DNA of 64,000 nt from Eledone cirrhosa (lineage: Eukaryota): positions 371,690,001 through 371,754,000 of the forward strand of contig OZ024742.1 in NCBI GenBank assembly GCA_964016885.1, written 5' to 3'. Positions 47,301 through 62,200 of this stretch are shown one piece after another. The notes beneath the pieces were generated by a model, which was not told the DNA's origin, searched no databases, and worked only from the letters and a program-made list of their open reading frames with translations. A program made the position numbers and the translations under genes. Each line of letters starts with the position of its first letter. The stretch's first letter is position 1.

Positions 47301-50300
47301 AAATGATAGTCTACCTACTCTAAATGATAGTCTACCTACTCTAAATGATAGAGCCTACCTACTCTAAATGATAGTCTACCTACTCTAAATAATACAACCT
47401 ACCTGCTCTAAATGATAGCCTACCTACTCTAAATGCTAGTTTACCTACCCTAAATGATAGTCTACCTACTCTAAATGATACAGTCTATCTACTCTAAATA
47501 ATAGTCTACCTACTCTAAATAATGGTCTACCTACTCTAAATGATACAGTCTACCTATTCTAAATGATAGTCTACCTACTCTAAATAATGGTCTACCTACT
47601 CTAAATGTTACAGTCTACCTACTCTAAATGATAGTCTACCTACTCTAAATGATACAGCCTACCTACTCTAAATGATACAGTCTACCTACTCTAAATGATA
47701 GTCTACCTACTCTAAATAATACAGACTACCTACTCTAAATAATAGTCTACCTACTCTAAATGATAGTCTACCTACTCTAAATGATAGTCTACCTACTCTA
47801 AATGATACAGTCTACCTATTCTAAATGATAGTCTACCTACTCTAAATGATACAGCCTACCTACTCTAAATGATAGTCTACCTACTCTAAATGATACAGCC
47901 TACCTACTCTAAATGATAGTCTACCTACTCTAAATGATAGTGTACGTCCTCTAAATAATAGCCTACCTACTCTAAATGATAGTCTACCTACTCTAAATGA
48001 TAGTCTACCTACTCTAAATGATACAGTCTACCTACTCTAAATGATAGTCTACCTACTCTAAATGATACAGTCTACCTACTCTAAATGATAGTCTACCTAC
48101 TCTAAATGATACAGCCTACCTACTCTAAATGATACAGTCTACCTACTCTAAATGATAGTCTACCTACTCTAAATGATAGTCTACCTACTCTAAATGATAC
48201 TCTACCTACTCTAAATGATACAGCCTACCTACTCTAAATGATACAGTCTACCTACTCTAAATGATACAGTTTACCTACTCTAAATGATAGTCTACCTACT
48301 CTAAATGATACAGTCTACCTACTCTAAATGATACAGTCTACCTACTCTAAATGATAGCCTACCTACTCTAAATGATAGTCTACCTACTCTAAATAATAGT
48401 CTACCTACTCTAAATAATAGTCTACCACTCTAAATGATACAGTCTACCTACTCTAAATGATACAGCCTACCTACTCTAAATGATAGTCTACCTACTCTAA
48501 ATGATACAGTCTACCTACTCTAAATGATACAGTCTACCTACTCTAAATGATAGTCTACCTACTCTAAATGATACAGTCTACCTACTCTAAATGATAGTCT
48601 ACCTACTCTAAATGATACAGTCTACCTACTCTAAATGATACAGTCTACCTACTCTAAATGATAGCCTACCTACTATAAATAATACAGTCTACCTACTCTA
48701 AATGATACAGTCTACCTACTCTAAATGATAGTCTACCTACTCTAAATGATACAGTCTACCTACTCTAAATGATACAGCCTACCTGCTCTAAATAATAGTC
48801 TACCTACTCTAAATGATAGTCTACCTACTCTAAATGATAGTCTACCTACTCTAAATAATAGTCTACCTACTCTAAATAATAGTCTACCTACTCTAAATAA
48901 TAGTCTACCTACTCTAAATAATACAGCCTACCTACTCTAAATGATAGTCTACCTACTCTAAATAATAGTCTACCTACTCTAAATGATACAGCCTACCTAC
49001 TCTAAATGATAGTCTACCTACTCTAAATAATAGTCTACCTACTCTAAATGATACAGTCTACCTACTCTAAATGATAGTCTACCTACTCTAAATAATAGTC
49101 TACCTACTCTAAATGATACAGCCTACCTACTCTAAATGATACAGTCTACCTACTCTAAATGATACAGTCTACCTACTCTAAATGATAGTCTACCTACTCT
49201 AAATGATACAGTCTACCTACTCTAAATGATACAGTCTACCTACTCTAAATGATAGCCTACCTACTCTAAATGATAGTCTACCTACTCTAAATAATAGTCT
49301 ACCTACTCTAAATAATAGTCTACCACTCTAAATGATACAGTCTACCTACTCTAAATGATACAGCCTACCTACTCTAAATGATAGTCTACCTACTCTAAAT
49401 GATACAGTCTACCTACTCTAAATGATACAGTCTACCTACTCTAAATGATAGTCTACCTACTCTAAATGATAGTCTACCTACTCTAAATGATACAGTCTAC
49501 CTACTCTAAATGATACAGTCTACCTACTCTAAATGATAGCCTACCTACTCTAAATAATACAGTCTACCTACTCTAAATGATACAGTCTACCTACTCTAAA
49601 TGATAGTCTACCTACTCTAAATGATACAGTCTACCTACTCTAAATGATACAGCCTACCTGCTCTAAATAATAGTCTACCTACTCTAAATGATAGTCTACC
49701 TACTCTAAATGATAGTCTACCTACTCTAAATAATAGTCTACCTACTCTAAATAATAGTCTACCTACTCTAAATAATACAGCCTACCTACTCTAAATGATA
49801 GTCTACCTACTCTAAATAATAGTCTACCTACTCTAAATGATACAGCCTACCTACTCTAAATGATAGTCTACCTACTCTAAATAATAGTCTACCTACTATA
49901 AATGATACAGTCTACCTACTCTAAATGATAGTCTACCTACTCTAAATAATAGTCTACCTACTCTAAATGATACAGTCTACCTACTCTAAATAATAGTCTA
50001 CCTACTCTAAATGATACAGCCTACCGACTCTAAATGATACAGCCTACCTACTCTAAATGATAGTCTACCTACTCTAAATGATAGTCTACCTACTCTAAAT
50101 GATGGTCTACCTACTCTAAATAATAGTCTACCTGCTCTAAATAATAGTCTACCTACTCTAAATGATACAGCCTACCTACTCTAAATAATAGTCTACCTGC
50201 TCTAAATGATACAGTCTACCTACTTTAAATAATACAGCCTACCTACTCTAAATGATAGTTTACCTACTCTAAATGATAGTCTACCTACTCTAAATAATAG

Positions 50301-53300
50301 TCTACCTACTCTAAATAATAGTCTACCTACTCTAAATTATAGTCTACCTACTCTAAATAATAGTTTACCTACTCTAAATGATAGTCTACCTACTCTAAAT
50401 AAAATAGTCTACCTACTCTAAATAATAGTCTACCTACTCTAAATAATAGTCTACCTTCTCTAAATGATAGTATACCTACTCTAAATGATACAGCCTACCT
50501 ACTCTAAATGATACAGCCTACATACTCTAAATGATACAACCTACCTACTCTAAATGATAGTCTACCTACTCTAAATGATATTCTACCTACTCTAAATGAT
50601 AGTCTACCTACTCTAAATAATAGTCTACCTACTCTAAATGATAGTCTACCTACTCTAAATGATAGTCTACCTACTCTAAATGATAGTCTACCTACTCTAA
50701 ATGATAGAGCCTACCTACTCTAAATGATAGTCTACCTACTCTAAATAATACAACCTACCTGCTCTAAATGATAGCCTACCTACTCTAAATGCTAGTTTAC
50801 CTACCCTAAATGATAGTCTACCTACTCTAAATGATACAGTCTATCTACTCTAAATAATAGTCTACCTACTCTAAATAATGGTCTACCTACTCTAAATGAT
50901 ACAGTCTACCTACTCTAAATGATAGTCTACCTACTCTAAATGATACAGCCTACCTACTCTAAATGATACAGTCTACCTACTCTAAATGATAGTCTACCTA
51001 CTCTAAATAATACAGACTACCTACTCTAAATAATAGTCTACCTACTCTAAATGATAGTCTACCTACTCTAAATGATAGTCTACCTACTCTAAATGATACA
51101 GTCTACCTATTCTAAATGATAGTCTACCTACTCTAAATGATACAGCCTACCTACTCTAAATGATACGGTCTACCTACTCTAAATAATGGTCTACCTATTC
51201 TAAATGATAGTCTACCTACTCTAAATAATGGTCTACCTACTCTAAATGTTACAGTCTACCTACTCTAAATGATAGTCTACCTACTCTAAATGATACAGCC
51301 TACCTACTCTAAATGATACAGTCTACCTACTCTAAATGATAGTCTACCTACTCTAAATAATACAGACTACCTACTCTAAATAATAGTCTACCTACTCTAA
51401 ATGATAGTCTACCTACTCTAAATGATAGTCTACCTACTCTAAATGATACAGTCTACCTATTCTAAATGATAGTCTACCTACTCTAAATGATACAGCCTAC
51501 CTACTCTAAATGATACGGTCTACCTACTCTAAATGATAGTCTACCTACTCTAAATGATACAGCCTACCTACTCTAAATGATAGTCTACCTACTCTAAATG
51601 ATAGTGTACGTCCTCTAAATAATAGCCTACCTACTCTAAATGATAGTCTACCTACTCTAAATGATAGTCTACCTACTCTAAATGATAGTCTACCTACTCT
51701 AAATGATACAGTCTACCTACTCTAAATGATAGTCTACCTACTCTAAATGATACAGTCTACCTACTCTAAATGATAGTCTACCTACTCTAAATGATACAGC
51801 CTACCTACTCTAAATGATACAGTCTACCTACTCTAAATGATAGTCTACCTACTCTAAATGATAGTCTACCTACTCTAAATGATACTCTACCTACTCTAAA
51901 TGATACAGCCTACCTACTCTAAATGATACAGTCTACCTACTCTAAATGATACAGTTTACCTACTCTAAATGATAGTCTACCTACTCTAAATGATACAGTC
52001 TACCTACTCTAAATGATACAGTCTACCTACTCTAAATGATAGCCTACCTACTCTAAATGATAGTCTACCTACTCTAAATAATAGTCTACCTACTCTAAAT
52101 AATAGTCTACCACTCTAAATGATACAGTCTACCTACTCTAAATGATACAGCCTACCTACTCTAAATGATAGTCTACCTACTCTAAATGATACAGTCTACC
52201 TACTCTAAATGATACAGTCTACCTACTCTAAATGATAGTCTACCTACTCTAAATGATACAGTCTACCTACTCTAAATGATAGTCTACCTACTCTAAATGA
52301 TACAGTCTACCTACTCTAAATGATACAGTCTACCTACTCTAAATGATACAGTCTACCTACTCTAAATGATACAGTCTACCTACTCTAAATGATACAGTCT
52401 ACCTACTCTAAATGATACAGTCTACCTACTCTAAATGATAGCCTACCTACTATAAATAATACAGTCTACCTACTCTAAATGATACAGTCTACCTACTCTA
52501 AATGATAGTCTACCTACTCTAAATGATACAGTCTACCTACTCTAAATGATACAGCCTACCTGCTCTAAATAATAGTCTACCTACTCTAAATGATAGTCTA
52601 CCTACTCTAAATGATAGTCTACCTACTCTAAATAATAGTCTACCTACTCTAAATAATAGTCTACCTACTCTAAATAATACAGCCTACCTACTCTAAATGA
52701 TAGTCTACCTACTCTAAATAATAGTCTACCTACTCTAAATGATACAGCCTACCTACTCTAAATGATAGTCTACCTACTCTAAATAATAGTCTACCTACTC
52801 TAAATGATACAGTCTACCTACTCTAAATGATAGTCTACCTACTCTAAATAATAGTCTACCTACTCTAAATGATACAGCCTACCTACTCTAAATGATACAG
52901 TCTACCTACTCTAAATGATACAGTCTACCTACTCTAAATGATAGTCTACCTACTCTAAATGATACAGTCTACCTACTCTAAATGATACAGTCTACCTACT
53001 CTAAATGATAGCCTACCTACTCTAAATGATAGTCTACCTACTCTAAATAATAGTCTACCTACTCTACATAATAGTCTACCACTCTAAATGATACAGTCTA
53101 CCTACTCTAAATGATACAGCCTACCTACTCTAAATGATAGTCTACCTACTCTAAATGATACAGTCTACCTACTCTAAATGATACAGTCTACCTACTCTAA
53201 ATGATAGTCTACCTACTCTAAATGATACAGTCTACCTACTCTAAATGATAGTCTACCTACTCTAAATGATACAGTCTACCTACTCTAAATGATACAGTCT

Positions 53301-55700
53301 ACCTACTCTAAATGATAGCCTACCTACTCTAAATAATACAGTCTACCTACTCTAAATGATACAGTCTACCTACTCTAAATGATAGTCTACCTACTCTAAA
53401 TGATACAGTCTACCTACTCTAAATGATACAGCCTACCTACTCTAAATAATAGTCTACCTACTCTAAATAATAGTCTACCTGCTCTAAATAATAGTCTACC
53501 TACTCTAAATGATAGTCTACCTACTCTAAATGATAGTCTACCTACTCTAAATAATAGTCTACCTACTCTAAATAATAGTCTACCTACTCTAAATGATACA
53601 GTCTACCTACTCTAAATGATAGTCTACCTACTCTAAATAATACAGCCTACCTACTCTAAATGATAGTCTACCTACTCTAAATAATAGTCTACCTACTCTA
53701 AATGATACAGCCTACCTACTCTAAATGATAGTCTACCTACTCTAAATAATAGTCTACCTACTCTAAATGATACAGTCTACCTACTCTAAATGATAGTCTA
53801 CCTACTCTAAATAATAGTCTACCTACTCTAAATGATACAGTCTACCTACTCTAAATAATAGTCTACCTACTCTAAATGATACAGCCTACCGACTCTAAAT
53901 GATACAGCCTACCTACTCTAAATGATAGTCTACCTACTCTAAATGATAGTCTACCTACTCTAAATGATGGTCTACCTACTCTAAATAATAGTCTACCTGC
54001 TCTAAATAATAGTCTACCTACTCTAAATGATAGTCTACCTACTTTAAATAATACAGCCTACCTACTCTAAATGATAGTTTACCTACTCTAAATGATAGTC
54101 TACCTACTCTAAATAATAGTCTACCTACTCTAAATAATAGTCTACCTACTCTAAATTATAGTCTACCTACTCTAAATAATAGTTTACCTACTCTAAATGA
54201 TAGTCTACCTACTCTAAATAAAATAGTCTACCTACTCTAAATAATAGTCTACCTACTCTAAATAATAGTCTACCTTCTCTAAATGATAGTATACCTACTC
54301 TAAATGATACAGCCTACCTACTCTAAATGATACAGCCTACATACTCTAAATGATACAACCTACCTACTCTAAATGATAGTCTACCTACTCTAAATGATAT
54401 TCTACCTACTCTAAATGATAGTCTACCTACTCTAAATAATAGTCTACCTACTCTAAATGATAGTATACCTACTCTAAATGATACAGTCTACCTACTCTAA
54501 ATGATACAGCCTACCTACTCTAAATGATAGTCTACCTATTCTAAATGATAGTCTACCTACTCTAAATGATACAGTCTACCTATTCTAAATGATAGTCTAC
54601 CTACTCTAAATGATACAGCCTACCTACTCTAAATGATACGGTCTACCTACTCTAAATGATAGTCTACCTACTCTAAATGATACAGCCTACCTACTCTAAA
54701 TGATAGTCTACCTACTCTAAATGATAGTGTACGTCCTCTAAATAATAGCCTACCTACTCTAAATGATAGTCTACCTACTCTAAATGATAGTCTACCTACT
54801 CTAAATGATAGTCTACCTACTCTAAATGATACAGTCTACCTACTCTAAATGATAGTCTACCTACTCTAAATGATACAGTCTACCTACTCTAAATGATAGT
54901 CTACCTACTCTAAATGATACAGTCTACCTACTCTAAATGATACAGTCTACCTACTCTAAATGATAGCCTACCTACTCTAAATGATAGTCTACCTACTCTA
55001 AATAATAGTCTACCTACTCTAAATAATAGTCTACCACTCTAAATGATACAGTCTACCTACTCTAAATGATACAGCCTACCTACTCTAAATGATAGTCTAC
55101 CTACTCTAAATGATACAGTCTACCTACTCTAAATGATACAGTCTACCTACTCTAAATGATAGTCTACCTACTCTAAATGATACAGTCTACCTACTCTAAA
55201 TGATAGTCTACCTACTCTAAATGATACAGTCTACCTACTCTAAATGATACAGTCTACCTACTCTAAATGATAGCCTACCTACTATAAATAATACAGTCTA
55301 CCTACTCTAAATGATACAGTCTACCTACTCTAAATGATAGTCTACCTACTCTAAATGATACAGTCTACCTACTCTAAATGATACAGCCTACCTGCTCTAA
55401 ATAATAGTCTACCTACTCTAAATGATAGTCTACCTACTCTAAATGATAGTCTACCTACTCTAAATAATAGTCTACCTACTCTAAATAATAGTCTACCTAC
55501 TCTAAATAATACAGCCTACCTACTCTAAATGATAGTCTACCTACTCTAAATAATAGTCTACCTACTCTAAATGATACAGCCTACCTACTCTAAATGATAG
55601 TCTACCTACTCTAAATAATAGTCTACCTACTCTAAATGATACAGTCTACCTACTCTAAATGATAGTCTACCTACTCTAAATAATAGTCTACCTACTCTAA
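47300..55700 (+). repeat. Higher-order domain with ~3.1-3.8 kb period
   Basis: TGTACGTCCT at 47941, 51605 and 54728. A 1-bp-deleted monomer (CTACCACTC) near 48422, 49320, 52107, 53076 and 55031. TAAAATAG near 50400 and 54219. Confidence 0.85.
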
Positions 55701-58700
55701 ATAATACAGTCTACCTACTCTAAATGATAGTCTATCTACTCTAAATAATAGTCTACCTACTCTAAATGATAGCCTACCTACTCTAAATGATAGTCTACCT
55801 GCTCTAAATAATAGTCTACCTACTCTAAATGATAGTCTACCTACTCTAAATGATAGTCTACCTACTCTAAATGATAGTCTACCTACTCTAAATGATAGTC
55901 TACCTACTCTAAATAATAGTCTACCTACTATAAATGATAGTCTACCTACTCTAAATGATACAGCCTACCTACTCTAAATGATAGTCTACCTACTCTAAAT
56001 AATAGTCTACCTACTCTAAATAATAGTGTACCTACTCTAAATGATACGGTCTACCTACTCTAAATGATACCGCCTACCTACTCTAAATAATAGTCTACCT
56101 ACTCTAAATAATAGTCTACCTACTCTAAATAATAGTCTACCTACTCTAAATAATAGTCTACCTACTCTAAATTATACGGTCTACCTACTCTAAATAATAC
56201 AGCCTACCTACTCTAAATGATACAGCCTACCTACTCTAAATAATAGTCTACCTACTCTAAATAATAGTCTACCTACTCTAAATGATACAGCCTACCTACT
56301 CTAAATGATACAGCCTACCTACTCTAAATGATAGTCTACCTACTCTATATGATACAGTCTACTTTCTCTAAATGATAGCCTACCTACTCTAAATAATACA
56401 GTCTACCTACTCTAAACGATAGTCTTCCTACTCTAAATGATAGTCTACCTGCTCTAAATAATAGTCTACCTACTCTAAATGATAGTCTACCTACTCTAAA
56501 TGATAGTCTACCTACTCTAAGTGATAGTCTACCTACTCTAAATGATACAGCCTACCTACTCTAAATGATAGTCTACCTACTCTAAATGATAGTCTACCTA
56601 CTCTAAATGATAGTCTACCTACTCTAAATGATAGTCTACCTACTCTAAATAATAGTCTACCTACTCTAAATGATAGTCTACCTACTCTAAATGATACAGT
56701 CTACCTACTCTAAATGATACAGTCTACCTACTCTAAATGATACAGTCTACCTACTCTAAATGATACAGCCTACCTACTCTAAATGATAGTCTACCTACTC
56801 TAAATAATAGTCTACCTACTCTAAATGATAGTCTACCTACTCTAAATGATACAGTCTACCTACTCTAAATGATAGTCTACCTACTCTAAATAATAGTCTA
56901 CCTACTCTAAATGATAGTCTACCTACTCTAAATGATACAGTTTACCTACTCTAAATGATAGTTTACCTACTCGAAATGATAGTCTACCTACTCTAAATAA
57001 TACAGTCTACCTACTCTAAATGATAGTCTACCTACTCTAAATGATAGCCTACCTACTCTAAATGATAGTCTACCTGCTCTAAATAATAGTCTACCTACTC
57101 TAAATGATAGTCTACCTACTCTAAATGATACAGCCTACCTACTCTAAATGACAGTCTACCTACTCTAAATAATACAGCCTACCTACTCTAAATGATAGTC
57201 TACCTACTCTAAATGATAGCCTACCTACTCTAAATAATACAGTCTACCTACTCTAAATAATAGTCTACCTACTCTAAATGATAGCCTACCTACTCTAAAT
57301 AATACAGTCTACCTACTCTAAATGATAGTCTACCTACTCTAAATGATACAGCCTACCTACTCTAAATGATAGTCTACCTACTCTAAATGATACAGCCTAC
57401 CTACTCTAAATGATACAGCCTACCTACTCTAAATTATACAGTCTAGCTACTCTAAATGATAGTCTACCTACTCTAAATGATACAGCCTACCTACTCTAAA
57501 TGATAGTCTACCTACTCTAAATGATACAGTCTACTTTCTCTAAATGATAGCCTACCTACTCTAAATAATACAGTCTACCTACTCTAAACGATAGTCTTCC
57601 TACTCTAAATGATAGTCTACCTGCTCTAAATAATAGTCTACCTACTCTAAATGATAGTCTACCTACTCTAAATGATAGTCTACCTACTCTAAGTGATAGT
57701 CTACCTACTCTAAGTGATTGTCTACCTACTCTAAATGATAGTTTACCTACTCTAAATGATAGCCTACCTACTCTAAATAATACAGTCTACCTACTCTAAA
57801 TAATAGTCTACCTACTCTAAATGATAGCCTACCTACTCTAAATAATACAGTCTACCTACTCTAAATGATAGTCTACCTACTCTAAATGATACAGCCTACC
57901 TACTCTAAATGATAGTCTACCTACTCTAAATGATACAGCCTACCTACTCTAAATGATACAGCCTACCTACTCTAAATGATACAGTCTACCTACTCTAAAT
58001 GATAGTCTACCTACTCTAAATGATACAGCCTACCTACTCTAAATGATAGTCTACCTACTCTAAATGATAGTCTACCTACTCTAAATGATAGTCTACCTAC
58101 TCTAAATAATAGTCTACCTACTCTAAATAATAGTCTACCTACTCTAAATAATAGTCTACCTACTCTAAATAATAGTCTACCTACTCTAAATAATAGTCTA
58201 CCTACTCTAAATAATAGCCTACCTACTCTAAATGATACAGCCTACCTACTCTAAATAATAGTCTACCTGCTCTAAATGATACAGTCTACCTACTCTAAAT
58301 AATAGTCTACCTACTTTAAATGATAGTCTACCTACTCTAAATGATAGTCTACCTACTCTAAATAATAGACTACCTACTCTAAATGATAGTCTACCTACTC
58401 TAAATGATACAGTCTACCTACTCTAAATGATAGCCTACCTACTCTAAATGATACAGTCTACCTACTCTAAATGATAGTCTACCTACTCTAAATGATACAG
58501 CCTACCTACTCTAAATGATACAGCCTACCTACTCTAAATGATACAGTCTACCTACTCTAAATGATAGTCTACCTACTCTAAATGATACAGTGTACCTACT
58601 CTAAATGATAGCCTACCTACTCTAAATGATACAGTCTACCTACTCTAAATGATAGTCTACCTACTCTAAATGATACAGTCTACCTACTCTAAATGATAGT

Positions 58701-59191
58701 CTACCTACTCTAAATGATAGTCTACCTACTCTAAATGATAGTCTACCTACTCTAAATGATAGTCTACCTACTCTAAATGATAGTCTACCTACTCTAAATG
58801 ATAGAGCCTACCTACTCTAAATGATAGTCTACCTACTCTAAATAATACAACCTACCTGCTCTAAATGATAGCCTACCTACTCTAAATGATAGTTTACCTA
58901 CCCTAAATGATAGTCTACCTACTCTAAATGATACAGTCTATCTACTCTAAATAATAGTCTACCTACTCTAAATAATGGTCTACCTACTCTAAATGATACA
59001 GTCTACCTATTCTAAATGATAGTCTACCTACTCTAAATAATGGTCTACCTACTCTAAATGTTACAGTCTACCTACTCTAAATGATACAGCCTACCTACTC
59101 TAAATGATAGTCTACCTACTCTAAATAATACAGACTACCTACTCTAAATAATAGTCTACCTACTCTAAATGATAGTCTACCTACTCTAAAT

Positions 59192-59290
59192 GATAGACTG
59201 TAGTATTTAGAGTAGGTAGACTATCATTTAGAGTAGGTAGACTATCATTTAGAGTAGATAGACTGTATTATTTAGAGTAGGTAGACTATC
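59192..59290 (-). repeat. 99-bp inverted segment of the same satellite (~4.5 monomers), bounded by GATAG/CTATC
   Basis: The + strand reads GATAGACTGTAGTATTTAGAGTAGGTAGACTATCATTTAGAGTAGG...GTAGACTATC, which is the reverse complement of the monomer. Forward orientation resumes at 59291. Confidence 0.97.
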
Positions 59291-62200
59291 TACTCTAAAT
59301 GATAGTCTACCTACTCTAAATGATAGTCTACCTACTCTAAATAATAGTCTACCTACTCTAAATGATAGTCTACCTACTCTAAATGATACAGTCTACCTAC
59401 TCTAAATGATACAGTCTACCTACTCTAAATGATACAGTCTACCTACTCTAAATGATACAGCCTACCTACTCTAAATGATAGTCTACCTACTCTAAATAAT
59501 AGTCTACCTACTCTAAATGATAGTCTACCTACTCTAAATGATACAGTCTACCTACTCTAAATGATAGTCTACCTACTCTAAATAATAGTCTACCTACTCT
59601 AAATGATAGTCTACCTACTCTAAATGATACAGTTTACCTACTCTAAATGATAGTTTACCTACTCGAAATGATAGTCTACCTACTCTAAATAATACAGTCT
59701 ACCTACTCTAAATGATAGTCTACCTACTCTAAATGATAGCCTACCTACTCTAAATGATAGTCTACCTGCTCTAAATAATAGTCTACCTACTCTAAATAAT
59801 ACAACCTACTCTAAATGATACAGCCTACCTACTCTAAATGACAGTCTACCTACTCTAAATAATACAGCCTACCTACTCTAAATGATAGTCTACCTACTCT
59901 ATATGATACAGTCTACTTTCTCTAAATGATAGCCTACCTACTCTAAATAATACAGTCTACCTACTCTAAACGATAGTCTTCCTACTCTAAATGATAGTCT
60001 ACCTGCTCTAAATAATAGTCTACCTACTCTAAATGATAGTCTACCTACTCTAAATGATAGTCTACCTACTCTAAGTGATAGTCTACCTACTCTAAATGAT
60101 ACAGCCTACCTACTCTAAATGATAGTCTACCTACTCTAAATGATAGTCTACCTACTCTAAATGATAGTCTACCTACTCTAAATGATAGTCTACCTACTCT
60201 AAATAATAGTCTACCTACTCTAAATGATAGTCTACCTACTCTAAATGATACAGTCTACCTACTCTAAATGATACAGTCTACCTACTCTAAATGATACAGT
60301 CTACCTACTCTAAATGATACAGCCTACCTACTCTAAATGATAGTCTACCTACTCTAAATAATAGTCTACCTACTCTAAATGATAGTCTACCTACTCTAAA
60401 TGATACAGTCTACCTACTCTAAATGATAGTCTACCTACTCTAAATAATAGTCTACCTACTCTAAATGATAGTCTACCTACTCTAAATGATACAGTTTACC
60501 TACTCTAAATGATAGTTTACCTACTCGAAATGATAGTCTACCTACTCTAAATAATACAGTCTACCTACTCTAAATGATAGTCTACCTACTCTAAATGATA
60601 GCCTACCTACTCTAAATGATAGTCTACCTGCTCTAAATAATAGTCTACCTACTCTAAATGATAGTCTACCTACTCTAAATGATACAGCCTACCTACTCTA
60701 AATGACAGTCTACCTACTCTAAATAATACAGCCTACCTACTCTAAATGATAGTCTACCTACTCTAAATGATAGCCTACCTACTCTAAATAATACAGTCTA
60801 CCTACTCTAAATAATAGTCTACCTACTCTAAATGATAGCCTACCTACTCTAAATAATACAGTCTACCTACTCTAAATGATAGTCTACCTACTCTAAATGA
60901 TACAGCCTACCTACTCTAAATGATAGTCTACCTACTCTAAATGATACAGCCTACCTACTCTAAATGATACAGCCTACCTACTCTAAATTATACAGTCTAG
61001 CTACTCTAAATGATAGTCTACCTACTCTAAATGATACAGCCTACCTACTCTAAATGATAGTCTACCTACTCTAAATGATACAGTCTACTTTCTCTAAATG
61101 ATAGCCTACCTACTCTAAATAATACAGTCTACCTACTCTAAACGATAGTCTTCCTACTCTAAATGATAGTCTACCTGCTCTAAATAATAGTCTACCTACT
61201 CTAAATGATAGTCTACCTACTCTAAATGATAGTCTACCTACTCTAAGTGATAGTCTACCTACTCTAAGTGATTGTCTACCTACTCTAAATGATAGTCTAC
61301 CTACTCTAAATGATAGTCTACCTACTCTAAATGATAGCCTACCTACTCTAAATAATACAGTCTACCTACTCTAAATAATAGTCTACCTACTCTAAATGAT
61401 AGCCTACCTACTCTAAATAATACAGTCTACCTACTCTAAATGATAGTCTACCTACTCTAAATGATACAGCCTACCTACTCTAAATGATAGTCTACCTACT
61501 CTAAATGATACAGCCTACCTACTCTAAATGATACAGCCTACCTACTCTAAATGATACAGTCTACCTACTCTAAATGATAGTCTACCTACTCTAAATGATA
61601 CAGCCTACCTACTCTAAATGATAGTCTACCTACTCTAAATGATAGTCTACCTACTCTAAATGATAGTCTACCTACTCTAAATAATAGTCTACCTACTCTA
61701 AATAATAGTCTACCTACTCTAAATAATAGTCTACCTACTCTAAATAATAGTCTACCTACTCTAAATAATAGCCTACCTACTCTAAATGATACAGCCTACC
61801 TACTCTAAATAATAGTCTACCTGCTCTAAATGATACAGTCTACCTACTCTAAATAATAGTCTACCTACTTTAAATGATAGTCTACCTACTCTAAATGATA
61901 GTCTACCTACTCTAAATGATAGTCTACCTACTCTAAATAATAGACTACCTACTCTAAATGATAGTCTACCTACTCTAAATGATACAGTCTACCTACTCTA
62001 AATGATAGCCTACCTACTCTAAATGATACAGTCTACCTACTCTAAATGATAGTCTACCTACTCTAAATGATACAGCCTACCTACTCTAAATGATACAGCC
62101 TACCTACTCTAAATGATAGTCTACCTACTCTAAATGATACAGTGTACCTACTCTAAATGATAGTCTACCTACTCTAAATGATACAGTCTACCTACTCTAA

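Noticed and set aside
59192-59290. Transposon/MITE insertion or site-specific invertible switch at the orientation change
   Set aside because: The segment is only reverse-complemented satellite, with no foreign sequence, no target-site duplication and no recombinase gene. The 5-bp inverted ends are too short for a typical invertase site, and both copies have the same orientation.
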